Source of the DNA: Marsupella aquatica
Taxonomy: Eukaryota; Plantae; Marchantiophyta
Length of the DNA stretch: 64,000 nucleotides
Direction of reading: 5' to 3'
NCBI GenBank assembly: GCA_973895155.1
Contig: OZ316897.1
Location: 16,784,058-16,848,057 of the forward strand
This document shows, in pieces, positions 58,501 to 64,000 of the stretch. The notes beneath the pieces are model-generated. The model saw only the letters and a list, made by a program, of their open reading frames with translations, was not told the origin of the DNA and ran no database searches. Positions within the stretch are counted from its first letter, which is position 1, and each line of letters opens with the position of its first letter. The translations under genes and the position numbers were made by a program.

Positions 58501-60133
58501 CATTAGCGTAGTGGCCCGCCACTCTACAATTGTAACAAATAGGGATCTTCCTCACTCCAGGGTACGGTGGTCGATTCCCTGGGTTAGCGTTGGGATAGTT
58601 GGAGTATGCGGGTGCTCCGGCGTTTGTTGAAACTCCATGAATGCTCCGTGGTCCCGGGTTGAGAGGTTGTACACTATACACGTTGGCCTCTGGTGGCTCC
58701 TCCATGAAGTACTCTATTGGCCCTTCCGCTGCATATGAAGGATTTGAGTAGCTTGCCCCCTCAACATCCTCCTCCCGTACTTGGAAAACCTTGGCTGGTT
58801 CTCCCGCTGGGCACTCCTTCGGGGCATGACCAAACTTCATGCACTTGGTGCACCACACATTGGCTCTCTCCACCGGAACTTTTCTCCTCTCAGGTTTGAG
58901 TCCGGCAAAATGTACTTTCAACGCTTTCATTTGCTCCGTCAGCTCATCATATCTGGCCTCTTGCTCCTTCAGGCGTCTTGCCGTAGACAATGGTGTAACG
59001 GCCACCGTGGGTAGTATCACTTCACGGTGAGAGGACTTCTTGACTTTCTTTGACAACTTCTTCTTCTTCCTCCTTCGTCTTTCAGCTTCTGACTCCGTAG
59101 TGTCTGACTCTGTAGTACTCTCAGAATCCTCAGATTCATCACTACTATCTGAATCAGATCCACTCGACTCCTCACTGGAGGAACTGTCAACCGGCTTCAG
59201 CTTCTTTCTTCGGCAACGCTTGCTTGTGGCATCAGCTGCGGTGTATGACTCCGCTGCTGCAATAGCTTCAGCCAATGTGGTTGGCTTGGCTTGACGTACA
59301 AAGAACCCCATCTTGCTTGGTAGGGCAGCCACAAACCAGGCTTGACGCATAGCATCATCGGTACGGGCTTGGATCCGACGTACCAGCTTTTGGAACCTTT
59401 GCAAAAACCTCCGTAATGACTCCTTCTTCTTCATCCTGAGTTGGCCCACCTTTAATAGTGAGGTGGCCTCCACTCCTATGGATCTGAACTCCTTCAAGAA
59501 GGCTTGCTTGAACAGAGCCCAATCAGCTTTCACGTTGGCCAACAACGAAATGAACCATGGACCTGCCTCCCCTCTCATCATTCCAGGAATGATAGTGAGC
59601 TTATGTGCAGACTCCCCATTAGCTTCGGCAATCCCTTCAAACTCCTCAATCCATTCGTCTGGATCATCCTTTGGTCTCCCCTTGAAGGGTACGTACTGAA
59701 CACGGGTACGTTGTGCAGCTGCCATCGGTGCAGCCGGTGCCTGTATCAACACAGGTGGTAATGGCGCTTGTTGGGCCACCGGTAACAGCACCGATGATAG
59801 GTGTGAGATGATTTGTGGCAATGCAGTGAGCTCTGGGATCAGATTTTGTAACTCAGACTGCACCAACACAAAGGGCTCTCCTTCTTCTCGCTCGTGATCT
59901 ATGTCTGGCTCTTCGTCTGGGCATATGGCCTCATTACGTTGAGCCTCTTCCTGTTGCACACCAACTTGTTCTTCCAGCACCAGTGGCAACCTCCTCTCTT
60001 CTGCAAGCCGTAAGCGTTCTTCGGCAGCAACTCGTCGTCTGGTCCCAATCCAAGAGGGCCCCCCTTCTAGCTCTGATCTTGGGGTACGTGTGTGTTGGGG
60101 ACTTCCTCTACCTCCCCTTCTCCCTCTCGGCAT
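55499..60133 (-). CDS. gag-pol: gag-protease-reverse transcriptase polyprotein
   Basis: Retrotransposon gag FKGRPKDDPDEW; three CX2CX4HX4C knuckles (CTKCMKFGHAPKEC, CYNCRVAGHYANVC, CQLCKGEGHLAPHC); protease VDGGSG...ILIGRPWL; RT LDGYSGYNQI, MPFGLCNAP, IFIDDF. Confidence 0.95.
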   Translation of the reverse strand: MPRGRRGGRGSPQHTRTPRSELEGGPSWIGTRRRVAAEERLRLAEERRLPLVLEEQVGVQQEEAQRNEAICPDEEPDIDHEREEGEPFVLVQSELQNLIPELTALPQIISHLSSVLLPVAQQAPLPPVLIQAPAAPMAAAQRTRVQYVPFKGRPKDDPDEWIEEFEGIAEANGESAHKLTIIPGMMRGEAGPWFISLLANVKADWALFKQAFLKEFRSIGVEATSLLKVGQLRMKKKESLRRFLQRFQKLVRRIQARTDDAMRQAWFVAALPSKMGFFVRQAKPTTLAEAIAAAESYTAADATSKRCRRKKLKPVDSSSSEESSGSDSDSSDESEDSESTTESDTTESEAERRRRKKKKLSKKVKKSSHREVILPTVAVTPLSTARRLKEQEARYDELTEQMKALKVHFAGLKPERRKVPVERANVWCTKCMKFGHAPKECPAGEPAKVFQVREEDVEGASYSNPSYAAEGPIEYFMEEPPEANVYSVQPLNPGPRSIHGVSTNAGAPAYSNYPNANPGNRPPYPGVRKIPICYNCRVAGHYANVCPEPTRQGNGDFARLCQLCKGEGHLAPHCPTLEAFKAQPIGAQEKKGPPPPLKEASVNFLTTEAVDTPLITRREETVVNIPKQRMTTITEEVVPLVVVVSPVVEIPVVVVATSTEVEVANPSPPSHEWTHAENLPEEDSDEERRHYSCYRVSTRSGKKKGKSELKQKYKEVHQASTSGTSHEPEVPPMEDSDFDRDNPKLFYPKVGEEVRKQLEELEAQAMQAAIDKDMEEAKARKKAEERVVRWKPGEEVIPPIPPATAYNIAQDILDCPVSATIGQLLRDSSLYRRQVKEILMRRRRRRRLPKVGADPIQVNWVTEDLGAPELTVDINGCAIRFVPVDGGSGVNIMTEETANRLGYTELEPPARAMRLADGARVVPLGCLTKIPTMIGGKSFPLNYLVMRPVRPYGFPILIGRPWLYVAKVTSDWGKRQFRFGIPTITIPWSAESPHGETTTMEEEYDSEVTSDEDEDEVYMVKLISHLTEEDVFGPGVATQEHAVEESVSQVHAVLEEMEDERSKIVEAEPLEIHDREAEDHPEEVEMQAHTIMFDDEQREQFLNDILDDDFREELLSHYKESDVEEIMAHVTKDPPPSRPDQEESDAPVYGGMRLARLEETFDEETRNKLDVIRPEQYTKVEVGEGKTLNIGSKLDATEQRTIQELLKEYQDVFAWSHQDLKGVPPEFGEHSIDLMSGARPVRQRQYRLNPKYSLMVKEEIDRLLDAGFIYPVMHSEWVSPIVIVPKKKGPDGKVKIRVCQDFRKLNDATKKDHYPLPFTDIVLDMVAGWEIYSFLDGYSGYNQIWIREEDQLKTAFTTEWGIFAFRRMPFGLCNAPGMFQRLMMNIFHDFLRRFLEIFIDDFAVYGKRVKHPEHLRLTFQRCRETCLKLHPEKCFFGIEEGILLGHKVSARGIEVDREKVAVWVAVSFPKNVKEVRGFLGCVGYYRRFIKDFAKVAMPLTSMLKKGSEFEPTPSRQAAFDELKKRLLEAPCSLRPIGIRNSMFT

Positions 60134-60350
60134 CCCATTGAGACCTGCATTCCAAACTTACACCAATGTCTCAGAAAGCAATATTTGTAAACATCAACCG
60201 TCGCACGATGCGTTGTGGTTGACGTACAATAACAAAGTAACCAACAAACTTCTCACGTATCAACCGTCGCAAGTTGCGTTGTGGTTGATAGGTTTGAACT
60301 CCCAATAGACGTAGCTCCCCTCCTTCGTGTCGTCAAACAAGAAGAAGGAT

Positions 60351-60368
60351 TCCCCGGCAGCGGCGCCA
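60351..60368 (-). promoter_or_regulatory. Primer binding site complementary to the tRNA-Asp 3' end
   Basis: Minus strand TGGCGCCGCTGCCGGGGA; matches the Athila-type PBS (TGGCGCCGTTGCCGGGGA, as recalled) with one difference. Confidence 0.85.
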
Positions 60369-60388
60369 AAAACAAAAGACCACACTTA

Positions 60389-63300
60389 TGTCACTTGCCT
60401 CTCCAACGGTTAATACGTGCAAACCGCACTTTTCTTCGCTTAAACCGTTGGTATCGTATTACGGGGTCGTGGAGGGACGCTATTTGGATTCTTTTCACAC
60501 CAGGATGAGTATTTTGGTTTCCGCTCCCGGAAATGTAGGTTTTGATCAAGTCTACCGACTACCCTCACCCCACAGCTTTTGATCAAGTCCTGCCGACTAT
60601 CCCACTACACCTTCACTCGGAGTCACCCAAAGAGTGCTGTCACCACCCCTACTCACAAGGCCGACTCAAACCAAGCAAGTTTCTTTAAATCATAGAACGG
60701 GAGAACACAATTCGGAAAGCGAAAAAGGGAGAAGGAACACACAACAAAAGCCCATCAAGTCAAATGTACAGATCCATATCTCTTGGGAAAAACGATACAC
60801 ATTGCATGAGTAACCCGGCCTCCTGCCGTCTACTCAACTCCTGCCTCTCCGGACAATGAGTATGGCTCCCCCTCACTACTCTGAACACGCTTTCAAACTC
60901 CTCAGGCTCCACTCTATCCCTCCTTGCTAACTTCACACTGAGTCCCCCTAACTACTTCGGGGCTATCCCCCTAAATACTGAAAAATCACACCAAAGCACC
61001 CCTCACAGGGTCACAACGGTGGCGGCTACCCTAGCGGCGCCGCTAAAACCTTGCACTAAGAGAAATCCTTAAACTGAAGAGGAGCATGCGGCACACACAT
61101 GCTGCTAAAACCCTAAACCCAAAACAAGGGGGCCGACGGTGCCTTCGACGGCGCCCCAACAGTACACGTGAACCCTGAAAGTGAGAGGCACCCCAAAATG
61201 GCCGAAACTAGGTGCCCTTCCAAGTGCACACCTGAGCTCACCCCTGGATAGCTCTTCTTTTCCTGCTTCCGAATCACTAAGTCGCTCCCTCAACGGACTT
61301 CAGACGCCTGAGTTATGGCCGTTTCCGTACCGCAAAAACATAAGTTCTCCAGGCCATAACTTGCTCATCCTGGCTCCGTTTGAGGAGCGCCGCCTCTTGT
61401 TGGAATCAGCTCCGCGAGCTCATCCCAACAAGCCCATGAGTGACCCCCCACTAAAATGTTGGAAATCTGGAGGCCGTACACCCACGTCCGTACGCCTATC
61501 TAATCCTCCTCTTCTTCTTCGCTCTCGGTGCCCGGACTTGTGCCCCGTGAGTGGTCCTCCTCCTCATCACTCACGGGAGTGAGTGCCACCGTACTTTTCT
61601 TCTTCTTCGACGGAGTACTCTTAGTGCTGCTGCTCCCGCGCTTCCTCAAAGCAGCCAAGGCCTGCCACGCCTTGATGTACCCCTCACCAATTGTGTCCTT
61701 CCAGAGGGTAGCCTCTTCTCCGGACCGCAACTCCAACGGTAGAACTTGCCCCGTGGCCATGGGAGTCCCGGGGGTGACAGACCTGGGTGGCATCCCCGTA
61801 CTGACCTGAGCCTCCCGTAACGATTTCCGTACCTCCCGGAGCTTCTTCTCCAAGCTCTTACTCTTCTCCTGACTCTTCTTGGCTCCATCCAACAAGGGTC
61901 CATACTTCCCACTAACCTCCTTCACCACCATCTCGATAGCTTGGGAGATCACATCCGGGGAAAGTGTGGAGCCAGGTGTGCCGGGACTCTTCCGTTTCCC
62001 TAGACTCAGGGCCTCACTTCTCTTCGCTCGTGTCTCAAAGGCTGCCACCTGACTCCGTAGTGCTCCCACCTGGTTCCTCCACTCCATCACTTCTCCAGAA
62101 TTTTGCTTCTCTTTGGCCAATGCTTGCCTCAACGCTCCTACTTCTTCTGCTTCCTTGGCCTTGGTGGACAAAGCTCCCTTCAAGTTGGTGATCTCTACGT
62201 GAGCTGCATTGATGTGCCTGACCTTCTCATGAATGGTCTGCTCCTTGGTCTTGATCACCTCCTTCAGTGACAGGATGCTCTGCTCTAACGTCTCTACTTT
62301 GACTGTGGCGTGCTTGAGAGACTCCCTCAATGCGTGGACTAGCTTGAGTCCCTCGTGGACTCCCTCTCTGAAATCCCGTAGCTCTGCCAAGTAAACATCC
62401 GGAATGTTGTATTCCAGAGGCTGTTTCGGATCTCCCACGAGTGATTCAAGCCACTCCAATGTGCAATCATCCTCCTGGTTCTCTTCTTCTCTATTATCCT
62501 CCCCACCAGCAGACAATGATTCCTCCGTGAGCTTCCCTAAAACGGTAGTGGCAATACTCCGGATCTCCGTGGTGAGAGATGATCCCGTGTCTTCATGCCC
62601 CGGAGAACCAATCAACCCTTCTGCCCTGGCCAATACAAATGACCCCATCAAATGTACAGCCCCACCTGGTTTCACACTCCCGGGCTCAGCGGCCAATAGC
62701 TTCTTCAATCCGTAGCACCACCATCCGTACACATGGGCTGGGTAGTTCTTGATGTCCATAGCTACCACGAAATGCTCCTCATTCAGCACTCCGGATTGCA
62801 CGTTGCCAAGAACCCGTTGATGCACCTTGGCCAGGAAGCCCTTATACTCAACATCCTTGACAGCAGAAAGAGGGATGGCGGTGGTGGAGGTAGGATTGGT
62901 CACCCAAGTGGCCACCATTTTCAACGTGAGTTCTCCCCTGATATTCCGAGGTGTGAATGAGAATTTCTGATTCTCAAGAAACAATAGCTTAGCCAACTCC
63001 ACATGGGGCACTACACGTTTGAGACATTCAAAGTAGATTCCCTCCGTTCGGAACTCCATCCCGGCCTCAATGTCCCAGCTCTTCCCTGAAGGGATGGTAA
63101 TCTCCACCTTCATGAATTCTGTAAGCCCGGTGGCTTGGAAAATGTTCCGACAATCCTCCATCACCTTGGTGGAGGTCTTGGGATAAATTCGACGAAAAAT
63201 CTTCCTACCCACCGGTGAGGAACCCGCTGCCAATCCCGTGCTCATCATAACTTCTCTCTCTTCCCTTTCCCGTGTAATCCGAGTCTCCACGTAGTCACGG

Positions 63301-64000
63301 TAAGCAGCCTTGTATCTCCGAATGCGTGACGCACTAAACTCTGGTTGATCTAGCATCCATGCATCCCGAAATCAATTTCTCAATCACCAATCCCGTCACC
63401 CGTGGCAATGTCAATTCCCTGGCCCGAAACAGCCCCCGTAGCCCGATCACTTAAATTCTCTCAATTTCCCGTCACTACTCCGTGCGGCCGCCACTAATGC
63501 CTGGAAGAATGACGCCAGCAAGCCCCACTAATCCACCATGAAAGAGAGAGCTTCAAAAATAATTAGAATCTGGAGAGAGCTTCCGGCAAGAGAGAGAAGA
63601 ACCCCGTTTTTGCTTTCGGCAATGAGAGGGTCGTGCAAAAGGAAGAGGGAAAGAAAAAGGAAGGAAAAAAAAATAGAACCGAAAAAACTCCTGGCGCCTT
63701 CGCCATGCGCCCCGGCCCATTTCTCGGGCCTTACCCTTGCGTCCTCCTGCGCGCGGCCCTATGCAGGGCGCGCGGCCATTCCTCCCGGCTCGCGGGAGGC
63801 CCTTCAACTCCCCCCCGCTCGCGTGATCCTCCCAGCTCGCGGGAGGCCCTTTAACTCCCCCCCGCTCGCGTGATCCTCCCAGCTCGCGGGAGGCCCTTTA
63901 ACTCCCCCCCGCTCGCGTGATCCTCCCAGCTCGCGGGAGGCCCTTTAACTCCCCCCCCCCCGCTCGCTTGCGCTCCTTCAGCTCGCGGAGCCTCATTAAT
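60389..64000 (-). repeat. 5' LTR copy (truncated by window end)
   Basis: Direct repeat of 49693-53304; candidate TATA-like AGTATTTAGG on the minus strand near 60970-60979. Confidence 0.8.
61500..63356 (-). CDS. Second copy of the 618-aa accessory protein
   Basis: Translation matches 50804-52660 except one V/A change (LLAVEP vs LLAAEP). Confidence 0.85.
   Translation of the reverse strand: MLDQPEFSASRIRRYKAAYRDYVETRITREREEREVMMSTGLAAGSSPVGRKIFRRIYPKTSTKVMEDCRNIFQATGLTEFMKVEITIPSGKSWDIEAGMEFRTEGIYFECLKRVVPHVELAKLLFLENQKFSFTPRNIRGELTLKMVATWVTNPTSTTAIPLSAVKDVEYKGFLAKVHQRVLGNVQSGVLNEEHFVVAMDIKNYPAHVYGWWCYGLKKLLAAEPGSVKPGGAVHLMGSFVLARAEGLIGSPGHEDTGSSLTTEIRSIATTVLGKLTEESLSAGGEDNREEENQEDDCTLEWLESLVGDPKQPLEYNIPDVYLAELRDFREGVHEGLKLVHALRESLKHATVKVETLEQSILSLKEVIKTKEQTIHEKVRHINAAHVEITNLKGALSTKAKEAEEVGALRQALAKEKQNSGEVMEWRNQVGALRSQVAAFETRAKRSEALSLGKRKSPGTPGSTLSPDVISQAIEMVVKEVSGKYGPLLDGAKKSQEKSKSLEKKLREVRKSLREAQVSTGMPPRSVTPGTPMATGQVLPLELRSGEEATLWKDTIGEGYIKAWQALAALRKRGSSSTKSTPSKKKKSTVALTPVSDEEEDHSRGTSPGTESEEEEED

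Larger units (their letters stand above)
49693..64000 (-). mobile_element. Young Ty3/gypsy LTR retrotransposon, non-chromovirus Athila-like; 5' LTR runs off the window
   Basis: Near-identical direct repeats offset by 10,696 bp (49693 vs 60389); PBS; gag-PR-RT-RH-INT order; no chromodomain or archaeal-type RNase H seen. Confidence 0.95.

Noticed and set aside
60389-64000. Assembly duplication artefact
   Set aside because: The copies differ by a few substitutions, start exactly at an LTR terminus and flank PBS-gag-pol as expected for a retroelement.

Overview
Eukaryotic, land-plant-type heterochromatic window made almost entirely of nested transposons; no intact host gene is recognisable. It holds two diverged CACTA (En/Spm) DNA transposons. 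CACTA-1 runs from upstream of the window to 14107. CACTA-2 is complete at 29213-46992, with TIRs and a TAC target-site duplication. There are also remnants of at least two more CACTAs, a 665-bp TIR element with an 8-bp TSD inside the CACTA-2 transposase, a very young Athila-like Ty3/gypsy element (49693 to beyond 64000, minus strand) and several LTR remnants. Main result: both CACTAs carry, upstream of their decayed transposase, an intact intronless ORF. It encodes only an EDM2-type composite PHD (histone-reader) cassette, preceded by an N-terminus resembling the histone H3 tail (MARNKQKA / MARPKIRAKK vs MARTKQTARK). CACTA-2 extends this into a same-strand array: Cys/His protein, H3-like+PHD, double BRCT, F-box, TnpD, TnpA. 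This is a candidate transposon-encoded chromatin/anti-silencing toolkit. Second result: the gypsy lineage appears to carry a ~620-codon coiled-coil ORF inside its >3.4-kb LTR, supported by a separate solo LTR with the same layout. Family assignments come from motif recognition by eye and from recalled sequences, not database searches.
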